Shown in pieces: positions 47,633 to 57,710 of a stretch of 64,000 bases of DNA. Source of the DNA: an uncultured virus (IMG/VR IMGVR_UViG_3300020214_001677) (Duplodnaviria > Heunggongvirae > Uroviricota > Caudoviricetes). Where the stretch lies: IMG/VR virus record IMGVR_UViG_3300020214_001677, one strand, 5' to 3'. The position numbers and the translations under genes are program-made. The notes under the pieces are model-generated. The model saw only the letters and a list, made by a program, of their open reading frames with translations. It was not told the DNA's origin and did no database searches. Numbering within the stretch: the stretch's first letter is position 1; each line of letters starts with the position of its first letter.

Positions 47633-48559
47633 TTATTTGTCCAAAATGATGTATCCGGAAGAAACACCGTCCACTGCTTGATGATAATTCGGCACTTCGA
47701 TCATATGAGAATGACCGCCATGCTGAATGACATAAGGTCGGGGTGCGCGTACGGGAGTACCCTGAAGGTTAGTGTGGTAATCTTCGTACCACACCGTATG
47801 AAAATGAGACAGAAAGATCTTGGCAGCAAAGCGACGTGCCTGACCATCTATCTGACCGTCAGGTAAATAACCTTCCTGCAGTCTGCGACGGGTAGGATTG
47901 TTTTTCTTCCATTGTTTCTGCTCCAAGATTGACTTGGCTCTTTCGGAATATGTTCCGGATTCGTTCAACTGTACACGACGTGCCTTGTCCTGCAGATACA
48001 ACTTGCCATAAAAGCACTGGTCGCGACCAGAGAACTTCATAAAACTCTGTCCAATTTTCCAAACGAGAGTCTTTAGATCTGCGTTATAAGGGCGCTTTTC
48101 GCCCTTCTGCCAAACAACCGTGGGATCCATTCCAGCAAAACGCCAAATGCTACCAGCAGTATGGGCCTTGGAAATGTCAATGTTGGACAACAATCCAGCG
48201 GTGATTACCGGACCTATGCCGTACTGGGAAAGTGCCCATCGTCCGGCCAAGTACTTGCCACTGAAGTGCTTGAATGGATCAACCAACGACTGCTCCATGT
48301 ACTTCATGTTGATGGCCATGTGTTCGTTCATTTGATTCGGCTTTTCGCGTTTGGCCAATTCTCTGGACTGGGCTGCAATCGCAATGCGTGCATCCTGCAG
48401 TCGATAATAGGCCTTGACCAATTCCCGAACAGTGTGAGGATCTTCGGGATAAGTCATCTTGCGAACGTCCTTCACGAAATTTCTCCACAAGGGAACGTTG
48501 ATCTCCAAATCAGAACCAATTTCATCTTGCTGCATTTGAATCTCTGTATCTTTATTCAT
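47633..48559 (-). CDS. Nop/IS110-type RNA-binding protein lacking a nuclease domain (TasA-like)
   Basis: Coiled coil (YYRLQDARIA), GIGPVITAGLL, IWRFAGMDP, YNADLK, ARRFAAKIFL; no RuvC/DEDD N-terminus and no catalytic Ser loop; lies upstream of the dual-repeat array. Confidence 0.8.
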   Translation of the reverse strand: MNKDTEIQMQQDEIGSDLEINVPLWRNFVKDVRKMTYPEDPHTVRELVKAYYRLQDARIAIAAQSRELAKREKPNQMNEHMAINMKYMEQSLVDPFKHFSGKYLAGRWALSQYGIGPVITAGLLSNIDISKAHTAGSIWRFAGMDPTVVWQKGEKRPYNADLKTLVWKIGQSFMKFSGRDQCFYGKLYLQDKARRVQLNESGTYSERAKSILEQKQWKKNNPTRRRLQEGYLPDGQIDGQARRFAAKIFLSHFHTVWYEDYHTNLQGTPVRAPRPYVIQHGGHSHMIEVPNYHQAVDGVSSGYIILDK

Positions 48560-48591
48560 ATAATATACTTACCTTTCATATGTTGTTGTTA

Positions 48592-51177
48592 TTAATATCT
48601 TGATACGCTGGAAGTTCTGGTGAACTTGATCGTGGGTGTGAACACAACTTCCGTGTCCTGACGATGTGCTTCTTGGAAAGACATCGGGTCGTGATAGACG
48701 TGCTTGTCGTACTGCCATTTGTCGCTCTTGAACGTGTTTACGTCCACATCGCCGTCCGCTTTCGGGGTGAAAAAGACGGTGCTTGCAATACCGTAAAACT
48801 GTAATGCAGACTCCAGATAAGGATAAACGAATCGATTCATTACGATCTGATCCGTAACCTTACCTGCAGATGTGGGAACGTTCAAAGAAACCGAATACAT
48901 GGACAACACAAAATCATGCTTGTCTTCTATACGCTGGAAAGAATTAATGATATTAACAATCTCAGTGTACATTGACTCCCATGATCCTCTGACTATGTTG
49001 CCAGTTGATTGCGTGGTTTCAGAAATGTTGACCTGATAGATCTTGCTACGAAAGTCCTTTACCGTGGAAAGTGCCTGAAAGTAGAGGCGTTGGGCGAGAT
49101 CATGTACGATCTGCGGTGGCTTAGCGTTTAGCTGCGCCCAATTGCGTACTTTCTGGCAATACTCCGAATACTTTTGTGAACAAAGTAGATTTATTTGTGT
49201 TATCTTACCGTCGTGCAGTACGATCTCTTCTCCGTCCTTCAGATAACGTTTGAAACCTCGTTTCAGCCAAACATTCGTGTCTATTGGTTGTGCGGAATCA
49301 ATGATCTCTCTGACGATCTTCTTGGCTTCCTCGTCAATCGCAAGTACATCCTCTGCAAAGTCAGGATTGATGCACTTGTCAATTGCCTTTTCCATAGAAC
49401 AAAGTTGGACTGGACGATGTTTGTGAATGATCAAAGAATGAACCATTGCGGCATTGACGTAACCTCCGACATTGCCGCCAGTCATGGCGACTTTGATATC
49501 TGAAATGACGTCGTCTTGTGTATACAAGCCGGTTTTCTTGGACTTCTTGACGTGTTCGGATGGAAATCCAGTGTAACGTACTTCTTTATCACGAATACAT
49601 TCACTGAGTCGTTTTGGCCATCCGCGCCCGGAAACGGTGGGGAACTTGATCGGAGTGCCGTCTGCTTTGTGCCAAGTGGGTGACCATTGGCCCTCTACAT
49701 ACCGAAAGATCGAGTACTCACCGATACCGTTTGGTGAACGGCATACGATGACGACTTTCTGTCCGTCAAATTTCCCGCCTTCCATGGTGCGGTAGAACAG
49801 CTTGAAATAATCGTCCTCGTCGTGGCCGCCGTGCGACTCGTACATCTCGAGCCAATCAGCGTCGTTGACGACGTGAACGCCTATCTCGTTGATACGAATG
49901 ATTTGACCCTGTTCCACCTGTACGCTCAGCTCATAGCCAGCCATATGTGCCAACGACTCTGGTATCACCTGTTCATAAACAGAACAAGGAATAGGAACCC
50001 GAGACTGATATGGTTTTGCGTGGCTGGTTGCCAATGTTTCAAAGAGCCAAGGTGAATCGGTTATCTTCATTCCAGAGGATACCCATCGATAACCAACGTA
50101 CGACATTCTAGAATTGGCTTCTTCGTCTTCTGCGTCTGCGAGGTTACGGAACTGTCGTTTATAGATTTCACGCCAGTTCGTAAGCAGACGACAGTTGATT
50201 GCATCATCAAACATCTTCTTGTACTCTTCGTCCAGCCAGAATTCCATGTCTGACTGGCGAAACAGATTGGGAAGGTTGATGAGTGTTTGGTCGTCGGTGA
50301 TTACTCGTTCGTGGGAACCTTGCGGCTCTGCAATGAATTTGAATCCGTTTTCATACTTAATTTCTGACTTGATGTTGTCCTGGGAAGTGATGACATCAAC
50401 TCCCTTAGGTAGGTTGTCAGAAACTATGCAATTACCCTTGAGGAAACCCTTATCGAAAACAATGCGGGCATTGTATACTCTCTGCTTCAAGAGATTGCGT
50501 ACCAGCTTCTTGCGAATCCGCCAATCGTAATAATACTCTTTGGTGTCGGTGGTCTTTGAGGGCTCGTATACCGGCAAGTTGGCTACAGCACGCTGTATCA
50601 ACTTTGAAGATACGACAAAACCACCGTCCAACAAGCGGGCAAGAACTTTTGGATTCTTGAAATCTACGCCAGGATAGTCTTGTGACAAAGACGCTAACAT
50701 TTCGGGATCATTGAAATTGTATTCTGAATATTGAGTAGAATCTACGATCATTACGTTCAACTCGTCCTTGGCGAACGTTGCGTTCAACAGTGCAGGACGG
50801 TGGAAAGTCTTGAGTCGTTTTGCGGTCTTGTCTCCGGCGTAAACTTCGTAACCAAGACGTTTGAATGCTTCTAGCCAACCTGGACACCCCTCGATGATAA
50901 CGAAGGCCATTTTGTCCTTGTCCACGATTGCATAAGAAATCTGTGGATGGCGAACGATGGCTTCTGCTATCCGTAATTCGGATGGTGTCTGAGGTATTGG
51001 TAGAGTGGCCATTCTAAACGACACAGGTTTTTCCGTAGAATGCTGCTCAGAAAGTGCCTGTACGGCTTGACGCAGAAAGCCTGTGTCATAGAAGCCGAAC
51101 TGGTAATCGTTCATGCTACGCAAAGGACCGTATATTTCTGCGTTGAGCCGAACTCTTGGACGATAGGACAATGTCAT
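48592..51177 (-). CDS. Single-subunit two-barrel (YonO/RdRP-like) RNA polymerase homolog A
   Basis: LDGGFVVS, ARIVFDKGFLKG, GGHDEDDY, VCRSPNG, NVGGYVN, KAID. Confidence 0.65.
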   Translation of the reverse strand: MTLSYRPRVRLNAEIYGPLRSMNDYQFGFYDTGFLRQAVQALSEQHSTEKPVSFRMATLPIPQTPSELRIAEAIVRHPQISYAIVDKDKMAFVIIEGCPGWLEAFKRLGYEVYAGDKTAKRLKTFHRPALLNATFAKDELNVMIVDSTQYSEYNFNDPEMLASLSQDYPGVDFKNPKVLARLLDGGFVVSSKLIQRAVANLPVYEPSKTTDTKEYYYDWRIRKKLVRNLLKQRVYNARIVFDKGFLKGNCIVSDNLPKGVDVITSQDNIKSEIKYENGFKFIAEPQGSHERVITDDQTLINLPNLFRQSDMEFWLDEEYKKMFDDAINCRLLTNWREIYKRQFRNLADAEDEEANSRMSYVGYRWVSSGMKITDSPWLFETLATSHAKPYQSRVPIPCSVYEQVIPESLAHMAGYELSVQVEQGQIIRINEIGVHVVNDADWLEMYESHGGHDEDDYFKLFYRTMEGGKFDGQKVVIVCRSPNGIGEYSIFRYVEGQWSPTWHKADGTPIKFPTVSGRGWPKRLSECIRDKEVRYTGFPSEHVKKSKKTGLYTQDDVISDIKVAMTGGNVGGYVNAAMVHSLIIHKHRPVQLCSMEKAIDKCINPDFAEDVLAIDEEAKKIVREIIDSAQPIDTNVWLKRGFKRYLKDGEEIVLHDGKITQINLLCSQKYSEYCQKVRNWAQLNAKPPQIVHDLAQRLYFQALSTVKDFRSKIYQVNISETTQSTGNIVRGSWESMYTEIVNIINSFQRIEDKHDFVLSMYSVSLNVPTSAGKVTDQIVMNRFVYPYLESALQFYGIASTVFFTPKADGDVDVNTFKSDKWQYDKHVYHDPMSFQEAHRQDTEVVFTPTIKFTRTSSVSRY

Positions 51178-51224
51178 ATAATCTCCATTTTCTCCATAGT
51201 TGCGTTGGTATGGCTGTAAGTATA

Positions 51225-51638
51225 CTATCTATTGTTTATTTTGTTTGCTACCCATCTCAATCCCCAGACGGGAAAGGTAATTACTCTAATGACAGTGTAA
51301 AGCACCTTGAATAAATCCTTGAATGCTTGAACCCATTTTTCGCGCATGTGTGACAACATGTTGCCGCCATAACGCTCTGCTTGTGGTGAATCGTAGTTCC
51401 AGTGCAAGAATGCATAACCTGGAATTGACATGGCAGTTGATATCATGGCTGCACCCATTACAATGAGACCCGCCGCTCCGAACATGATACCAAGGATCCA
51501 TGACAATACGAGTGATATAAGCATATTGAACCACTTCAGCCGATAGGCATTCTGTCTCCACCACTTGATTCTTGCGGCGAACATGAGCTCGACAATGGAT
51601 GAAGCTATGGCTAGCAATATCATCATAGAAAGCAACAT
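51225..51638 (-). CDS. Multi-TM membrane protein
   Basis: Three or four hydrophobic helices. Confidence 0.6.
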   Translation of the reverse strand: MLLSMMILLAIASSIVELMFAARIKWWRQNAYRLKWFNMLISLVLSWILGIMFGAAGLIVMGAAMISTAMSIPGYAFLHWNYDSPQAERYGGNMLSHMREKWVQAFKDLFKVLYTVIRVITFPVWGLRWVANKINNR

Positions 51639-51709
51639 ACAACTACCCTTTCTTTAGTTTGATGCTGGCTGTATTTTGGATTAAAACTGGGGAAATAGTA
51701 TCCCCTATT

Positions 51710-52357
51710 TTAGTCAGATATCGATACCTTTTTTGGACACTTGGAAATATCCCATGTACAGGGATTCCATGGTGACCATCCTGATATATCATAAAGAAGT
51801 TTACCGGCTTTAAGATTGATCAATGGATCCAACAAAGGCTCTTGTGTGCAGACAGACATTTTATTGCATACTGCTGCCCACTTGTTGCGCTTAGTGTTGT
51901 AATTGACTCCGTTGATCTGTAACAAGCCTGTGTCTGAACGGTGGTTCCATTCAGAAACTCTGGTTATGACACAATTAGAATTTACGACATCACCGCCACG
52001 ACGGTTGGGACAACCGCCTGACTCGCGTAAGATTATCTGGCCTAACTTATTCCATGTGTGTTCTGGCCAACCTGCTTGAGCAGCAAGGTATGGTAACCAA
52101 GAAATATCACCATGTTTAAATGTTAGTCCGTAATGCTGAACGCTATTTATATTAGAACCAATATCTTTAATTTCATTTAATGAATAAAGATTGTTATGTT
52201 GTTGTACGGTGTGATGTGTTTGTACCACAAGGGTACTAGGGGGCTCCTTAACTTGCTTTGTTTCTTCATGTAACTGATTGACTACAAACAGCCCAGTAAA
52301 GTTAACAAAGGTAAGTAAGGTTACTACAAAATGTTTTATCGCGTTTTGTACTAGCAT
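51710..52357 (-). CDS. Lytic transglycosylase (SLT/lysozyme-like) with N-terminal TM/signal
   Basis: IILRESGG (catalytic Glu), DTGLLQIN, NLKAG, GWSPW; ATG at 52357 after AAGGAG. Confidence 0.8.
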   Translation of the reverse strand: MLVQNAIKHFVVTLLTFVNFTGLFVVNQLHEETKQVKEPPSTLVVQTHHTVQQHNNLYSLNEIKDIGSNINSVQHYGLTFKHGDISWLPYLAAQAGWPEHTWNKLGQIILRESGGCPNRRGGDVVNSNCVITRVSEWNHRSDTGLLQINGVNYNTKRNKWAAVCNKMSVCTQEPLLDPLINLKAGKLLYDISGWSPWNPCTWDISKCPKKVSISD

Positions 52358-52409
52358 GCGTTTTCGCTCCTTATCGTCTAGTTTGACAATCAATTGACAA
52401 TTGTCATTA

Positions 52410-52546
52410 GTATAACGCAGGTTGCGAACCCGAAGATGTGCGGACAAAAACGAAATGCCCGTCACAGATGGCAGGTTGCCTATCTCCGACTTCACAGTAT
52501 TGCTCTGTTATGTTAGGGATCTTTTCCCTGCCCGCTGGAAACGGGC
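52410..52546 (-). ncRNA. Candidate structured 5' leader of the transglycosylase gene
   Basis: Consecutive stems GCCCG/CGGGC, AGGGA/TCCCT, AGAT/ATCT, GGGCA/TGTCC, GGTT/AACC. Confidence 0.45.
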
Positions 52547-52584
52547 ATTATATCCTTATATAGTAACCTTATCTAATAATAAAG

Positions 52585-52791
52585 TTAAGAATTAGCAGAA
52601 GTTGAAGCTTGAACTATGGTGTAAGTACCGTAGGATACAAGCTGAAATCTGTTTTGATTGGCTCTGATATAGTTCAACAAAGTTGGAAGGCTCACTCCGA
52701 TTTGTTCGCACATCTCTTTTGTTGAAAAAGTATTGTTGACGTGTGTGTTGATGAATTGTTCAATTTGTGGTGTTTTTGATGGCTTAGCCAT
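52585..52791 (-). CDS. Small HTH protein
   Basis: STKEMCEQIGVSLPTLLNYI. Confidence 0.65.
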   Translation of the reverse strand: MAKPSKTPQIEQFINTHVNNTFSTKEMCEQIGVSLPTLLNYIRANQNRFQLVSYGTYTIVQASTSANS

Positions 52792-52957
52792 TATGGTACT
52801 CTCCGTTTAAGGTGTATAAAGGTGTATAAATATTATAGTGTAGAAAGGTAAAATATGCAAGTTTTGTTGAAATTTATTTTATTTGGATTACAACATATTA
52901 ATATATATATAGTATGGTTGAGAACAAACCTATATAAATTTGACCCATTAACAATTT

Positions 52958-53416
52958 CTAGTATTTAGACTTGGCAGGCAAGTAAAAAGGCATGTTAGTC
53001 CATAGGACTTGAGTTGGTTCATCTTGGTAGTAACGCTCAATGATTATGTCTTCTTGGCCGTCAAAATAATTGCAAGTATGGACCGAACCAAGGTACAAAA
53101 ACTTAGAGTTTGAGTTGTCTACGATCCATGTAATTCTTTTGTCGTTACCCAACGAACGGGCTTTTTTAATCTCTAAAGATCCTGAAGTGGATTTATTCAG
53201 ATTCTGAGTAATCCATAATAAGTTATGACCCTGTTCGTTTGGCAATACGACGGATATGTAACCATCATGAGCTGGTACAAAAGGCGTGTACTTCTGGCCG
53301 CCCCGCTCAATGAAAGATTCTCTATTCCATAATGCATGATGAACTCTAAGAATAGAAACTATCTTAGGGTCATCTGTCATTGGTAGGCGTTTAGAATCCA
53401 TGAGCTGCGTTGACAT
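52958..53416 (-). CDS. Hypothetical protein
   Basis: 152-aa ORF. Confidence 0.6.
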   Translation of the reverse strand: MSTQLMDSKRLPMTDDPKIVSILRVHHALWNRESFIERGGQKYTPFVPAHDGYISVVLPNEQGHNLLWITQNLNKSTSGSLEIKKARSLGNDKRITWIVDNSNSKFLYLGSVHTCNYFDGQEDIIIERYYQDEPTQVLWTNMPFYLPAKSKY

Positions 53417-53605
53417 ATGATAATGAACCTTTCTTAAGTTGGATATAGTTCTGGCGATTCACAGGGGGAGTAGGAATCGGGAACATGTTAGGATAAATGG
53501 AGGGAATCCTACAAGGTTGGTCTTCATCCACACATTTTTGTTATGTGCCCAGAAACTATACCGAATTGGCTGACGCAACAGCCGATACTTTTAGTTTCCA
53601 TTTTG

Positions 53606-53678
53606 CGCCCTGGGTAGGAGTCGAACCTACGACCTGCGGATTAGAAGTCCGTTGCTCTATCCACTGAGCTACCAGGGC
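53606..53678 (-). tRNA. tRNA-Arg(TCT)
   Basis: GCCCTGG/CCAGGGC, CT-TCT-AA loop, GGTTCGACTCC. Confidence 0.92.
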
Positions 53679-54110
53679 AGGCCGCCCGCAAAAATTTTTA
53701 TAATTTTTACGTATATGCTAATAGGGATAGAGTATATGCTTGTAGGAATATAAAGATATCCCCACTGTTCACCACTACAACCCACTGAGAGTTAATCGAA
53801 GTTGTGATCCAAGGGTATTTTTATTCTACAAGCCTTTTTGTTCCACTTCTTTTTTTTATCCTGTATGGTAACAGCACGTAGGCGTACTCCATTTTTGAAG
53901 TCTTTGCGATCCTGATCATTCCATTTGTTGGGCAATTTAGCCATAACATTACCGCCTTTGATATTGATATAGTATGTTGATAATACAAAATATAATAAAA
54001 GTATAATGGGTTCAGGCCCGAGAGAGCCTTTAATTTTACTTTTAATAACATTTTATTCTAATACTGATATTTATTTAAGTTTAATAATAAAAAGTCCTTT
54101 TAAGTAAATC

Positions 54111-54155
54111 GAGCTACGAGGTCACAATATAGGGGCATATTTAACCTCGTAGCTC
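54111..54155. terminator. 12-bp inverted repeat downstream of the HicA-like gene
   Basis: gagctacgaggt / acctcgtagctc. Confidence 0.5.
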
Positions 54156-54172
54156 TAACAAACTTTTCCTTG

Positions 54173-54403
54173 TTATTTGACTTTAAGAGTAGATTGAAGA
54201 GTTATGTTATAATATTTTTTGAAGTCACGGCGTATTGGGTGTAACGCTGATTCTGTGCCGTGAGTTGTGTATATCGGGCCCGGAATTGTGGAAGGGGGGA
54301 CAATCCGGTATGCGCCTGATTTCTTCTGTTCTACTACAAAGCCAAGTCTTCTCAGCTCCCGAAAGACTTCTTTGATGGCTTTGGATTGATGTTGCTTTGG
54401 CAT
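54173..54403 (-). CDS. HicA-like (dsRBD-fold) small protein
   Basis: KEVFRELRRLGFVVEQKKSGAYRIV...TTHGT; AAGGAG SD. Confidence 0.55.
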   Translation of the reverse strand: MPKQHQSKAIKEVFRELRRLGFVVEQKKSGAYRIVPPSTIPGPIYTTHGTESALHPIRRDFKKYYNITLQSTLKVK

Positions 54404-54666
54404 ACATTGCTCCTTGTAAGTTTGGATAATTTTGGTATTGCTTGCTGAATATACTATAGCATATATTCTTTTTTAGATGCAACACCTAAAAGAACTTTTT
54501 TCTGGGGCCCCCCGAAAAATTCGGTGACCAGAGGACTAATAAAAATAAAAATATTTATTACCGTAAAGGACCGAATTTTTTCGGTACCCAGAAGACTAAA
54601 AATATTTTTTGTTACTGCTACCCTATAGCCTTATATATACTATAGAGTAGACAGTACACATTCGTT

Positions 54667-54897
54667 CTATAGATCGTGATTGTAACCGATAAACCTGAGT
54701 CGTTTGGATTGAACCAAGTCGTCTACACATTCGTCACACACAATGCCGGCAAATTTAGAGGTATCAAACTCACTACCATAATGAGCATTGATCCTGATGT
54801 CACAGCCACCATTGAGGTTGGTGGCGTTGTTTTCCCATAGGTGCATTACTGCTTTTTCACAAATGATACATGGTGTTAATGGTGGGCGTTTTGTCAT
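54667..54897 (-). CDS. Small zinc-binding protein
   Basis: CIIC...HYGSEFD...CDEC; AAGGAG SD. Confidence 0.6.
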   Translation of the reverse strand: MTKRPPLTPCIICEKAVMHLWENNATNLNGGCDIRINAHYGSEFDTSKFAGIVCDECVDDLVQSKRLRFIGYNHDL

Positions 54898-54982
54898 TGT
54901 TTGCTCCTTTTTGAATTAGTAAAATTTTTTTTATAGGGGTTTGTGGGTGATAGTGCAAGGACACTACCACCCACTACTACCT

Positions 54983-55282
54983 TTAACGCGTCAAAGCGTC
55001 AGTGATTTCATCTACGGTTTTAGTAGCGACCACGATGGCAAATGCCGAACCAACGACATTCAACCATTGATCTCCACCAAATCCATAGGCTCCCAGAATG
55101 CTGACATCTGCTGCCCAGACCGTCAAGACGGTCAACACCGGAAACAGAACTTCAGGCTTTCCTAGGTATGGAACCTTCTGCAGGAACGGAAGATAATTGA
55201 GAATTGCATCAGTGGCAAACGCCACAGCAAAACCCAAGAACACCGCCAAGGCAATCGGGTACATAAATAGCCTACCTTTCAT
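54983..55282 (-). CDS. Three-TM holin-like membrane protein
   Basis: Three hydrophobic segments. Confidence 0.5.
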   Translation of the reverse strand: MKGRLFMYPIALAVFLGFAVAFATDAILNYLPFLQKVPYLGKPEVLFPVLTVLTVWAADVSILGAYGFGGDQWLNVVGSAFAIVVATKTVDEITDALTR

Positions 55283-55385
55283 TAGGGCTAGTATTATTTT
55301 TTATTATTATAAGTATTGGTGGTGTCCCCGCCAGATGGGCTTTTTGCTCTGATGGCAACTAACTGGCGGGAACAACACCTTCTAC

Positions 55386-56423
55386 TTAGAACGGTGCAAC
55401 CGTGGTGTCAACCTGTACTGCGACAGATGCGTTGGCTGGCTTGTTGGTCGAGTTAGACCAGACATCCAGATCCACGTTACCATTGGCAGTCACAACCGTC
55501 CAACGACCACACGGTGCGTTGGTTGCGTTGTACTTGTCTCTGGTAACTTTCTCACCATTGGCTTGCACATCAACCTGACGAGAAGCACCAGACCAGATCA
55601 CTGGGTACTGACGGCTCATGTCAAGTTCGTTCTTGATCTTGGCTTCGTGCAGTTTGACATCCGCTTGGGACATCTCGGCTGCCTTCTCCTGAATCTGCTT
55701 GGACAGGATGCTCGCTGCGGTCTTGTGTTCAATGACACGCACGAGGTTGCTGAACACCGCGTCAACGATGTCAATGAAACCCTGACCAGTGGTGGACTGC
55801 TTGCGGTCGGCTGAACCCAACTCGAAGGCAACCACTTCCAGACCCTGATTGGCTTTCATGTCATAGCAGGTGTGGAAACGCGGATTCTTGTGCAGCGTTG
55901 CCAGATCGTCAATACCACCTGCCGCCTTGAAGATTTCCACCGCGTGGGCGAAACCGTTCTGGCTGGCACCCATCTGTTGGAACATCAGTGGCATACCGTC
56001 GCTGAGGCCCTTGATCAGGTTGGTGTCGTTGAGGATCTTACGCACGTCATCAAGGCTCTTGCCCTTGGCGCTCTCAAGAATGAGGGTTTCGATCAACTCA
56101 CTCAGCGTCATTACCTGACCGCCGAGTTCGACTTCAACCTTCAACTTGACTGGCTTGAACACGCCACCAAAGACTTGGCTGATACGGGGCTCTGCGTTCT
56201 GGCGGCGGACTTCGTGGTCACGAACCGTCAGACGAGTCCAGAATGCGGACTCCAGAGTCGCATAGGTGTCAATGGCATTGCCGTTGATGGAACCCTTGAC
56301 CTTGACGCGCTTGTCCTTGATCAACTTGACGGTTGAGCTCTGGGACTTGAGCGCATCGGGGTTCTCGGTGACAACAGCGAATGTGTCGCTCTTGATACCG
56401 AACTTGTTGCTTAGTGTGGACAT
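55386..56423 (-). CDS. Hypothetical protein ending in APF, GC-rich codon usage
   Basis: 345-aa ORF; AAGGA SD. Confidence 0.75.
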   Translation of the reverse strand: MSTLSNKFGIKSDTFAVVTENPDALKSQSSTVKLIKDKRVKVKGSINGNAIDTYATLESAFWTRLTVRDHEVRRQNAEPRISQVFGGVFKPVKLKVEVELGGQVMTLSELIETLILESAKGKSLDDVRKILNDTNLIKGLSDGMPLMFQQMGASQNGFAHAVEIFKAAGGIDDLATLHKNPRFHTCYDMKANQGLEVVAFELGSADRKQSTTGQGFIDIVDAVFSNLVRVIEHKTAASILSKQIQEKAAEMSQADVKLHEAKIKNELDMSRQYPVIWSGASRQVDVQANGEKVTRDKYNATNAPCGRWTVVTANGNVDLDVWSNSTNKPANASVAVQVDTTVAPF

Positions 56424-56516
56424 AATATGTTTTTTTCCTTTGTTATTTGTTGTTTGATATGATATGATGTATTGCTGAAGGAAAGTTCACTGCTGAACGA
56501 TCCCCTATTTTGTATT

Positions 56517-56717
56517 TCAATCGCTTGATTCAGGAACGATTGGTGTGGACTTTTCGCCACCAGCCTGTTCCTTGTAACCAGCAACGAAGTCGTCTTTGGC
56601 CGTTACCAATGTTGACTTTGTCTTGCTGATCGCAGCCTTACCACCACTCTTGGTGGACTTGGCGAGGTTCTTTGTTTGGGCGGTTGTCTTGCCCAACAGT
56701 TTACCTAACTTACGCAT
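56517..56717 (-). CDS. Small Lys-rich protein
   Basis: GAGGT SD. Confidence 0.55.
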   Translation of the reverse strand: MRKLGKLLGKTTAQTKNLAKSTKSGGKAAISKTKSTLVTAKDDFVAGYKEQAGGEKSTPIVPESSD

Positions 56718-57062
56718 GACATTACCTCTTTCTTTTGTTGTTAGAATTCTTCGTATGTTCCGAATATTGCATCCATTAGTTCAGTGATTAGATCGAACAA
56801 CCAATCGAACACGCATCACCTCCCTTCAATATGACCCCTATTTTCCTAGGAATTTTTAAAACAGGAAGGCTAGTGTTATTTTTTTCTATTGTCATTAGCC
56901 TTGGCCAATCCGACTAAGGCTATGATAATAAGATTTAGAATGATTGCCACGAATATTCCCGGTAACAGCATTACGAGCTCTGCTTTCGCCGGAACTTGTA
57001 TGCTGCACCAGAAATTAGGAATGCAATCGTGGTGACGATCAAACCAATTTTAGTGATCGGTT

Positions 57063-57383
57063 TCATGAGTACAACTCCTCTTTACGAACTTCACCCAGCA
57101 TTTCGTACAAACCTGCACGATAGTTGTCCACAATGGCTTTTGCCTGTTCGAAATTCGCACAGGGCATCGTGTAGTCGAAGTGGTCTGACGAGTCACCAGT
57201 TGGTGATTGAACGGCGAACTCGATCTGGCTGAAAGAAGGGAACCTATCCAAGGTTTTGTACCACATCGCATTGAACGAAGTGATCATACCCTTGGGCATG
57301 GACTTTCCGTCTTTGCGGTAGACAAAGAACCCGTAGATACTGCTGCTATCGGTGTCGTACTGGTTTTCGTGGAATATGTACAT
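57063..57383 (-). CDS. Hypothetical protein
   Basis: 106-aa ORF. Confidence 0.6.
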   Translation of the reverse strand: MYIFHENQYDTDSSSIYGFFVYRKDGKSMPKGMITSFNAMWYKTLDRFPSFSQIEFAVQSPTGDSSDHFDYTMPCANFEQAKAIVDNYRAGLYEMLGEVRKEELYS

Positions 57384-57503
57384 TATTCACTCTCTTTCTT
57401 TTTGGCTTTGGGATTGTGTATACCGGGATTTGCTTTGCGGCGGGCAGAACGACGCTTGTTCTTTTCCTTCAAGCGTTCGGATTCCTTCCACCATTTGGTG
57501 TTT

Positions 57504-57710
57504 TCAGGGCTGGCCATACTTCATCTCCTTGTTCACATAGTGATCGTAGACGGACTGCATTTCTTCGGTCTTGAAACCATCCTTGGTCCTTTTGCTTGGA
57601 ACCTTGTCCTTGGTCACAAACAAACCGACGATGAACATTACCGAAAATGCGATGACCATCCAGATTAGTTGAGCACGCATTACTGCTTTGGTTAACTTCC
57701 ATGATGACAT
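57504..57710 (-). CDS. Small single-TM protein
   Basis: Hydrophobic helix; AGGGG SD. Confidence 0.5.
   Translation of the reverse strand: MSSWKLTKAVMRAQLIWMVIAFSVMFIVGLFVTKDKVPSKRTKDGFKTEEMQSVYDHYVNKEMKYGQP

Noticed and set aside
47633..48559. IS110 transposase / insertion sequence
   Set aside because: No N-terminal DEDD RuvC domain and no catalytic Ser-Gly loop; embedded in a gene run ahead of a guide-like array.
52358..52495. Coding extension of the transglycosylase ORF; also c-di-AMP (ydaO) riboswitch
   Set aside because: A better SD and ATG lie at 52357; the conserved ydaO aptamer segments were not recognisable.
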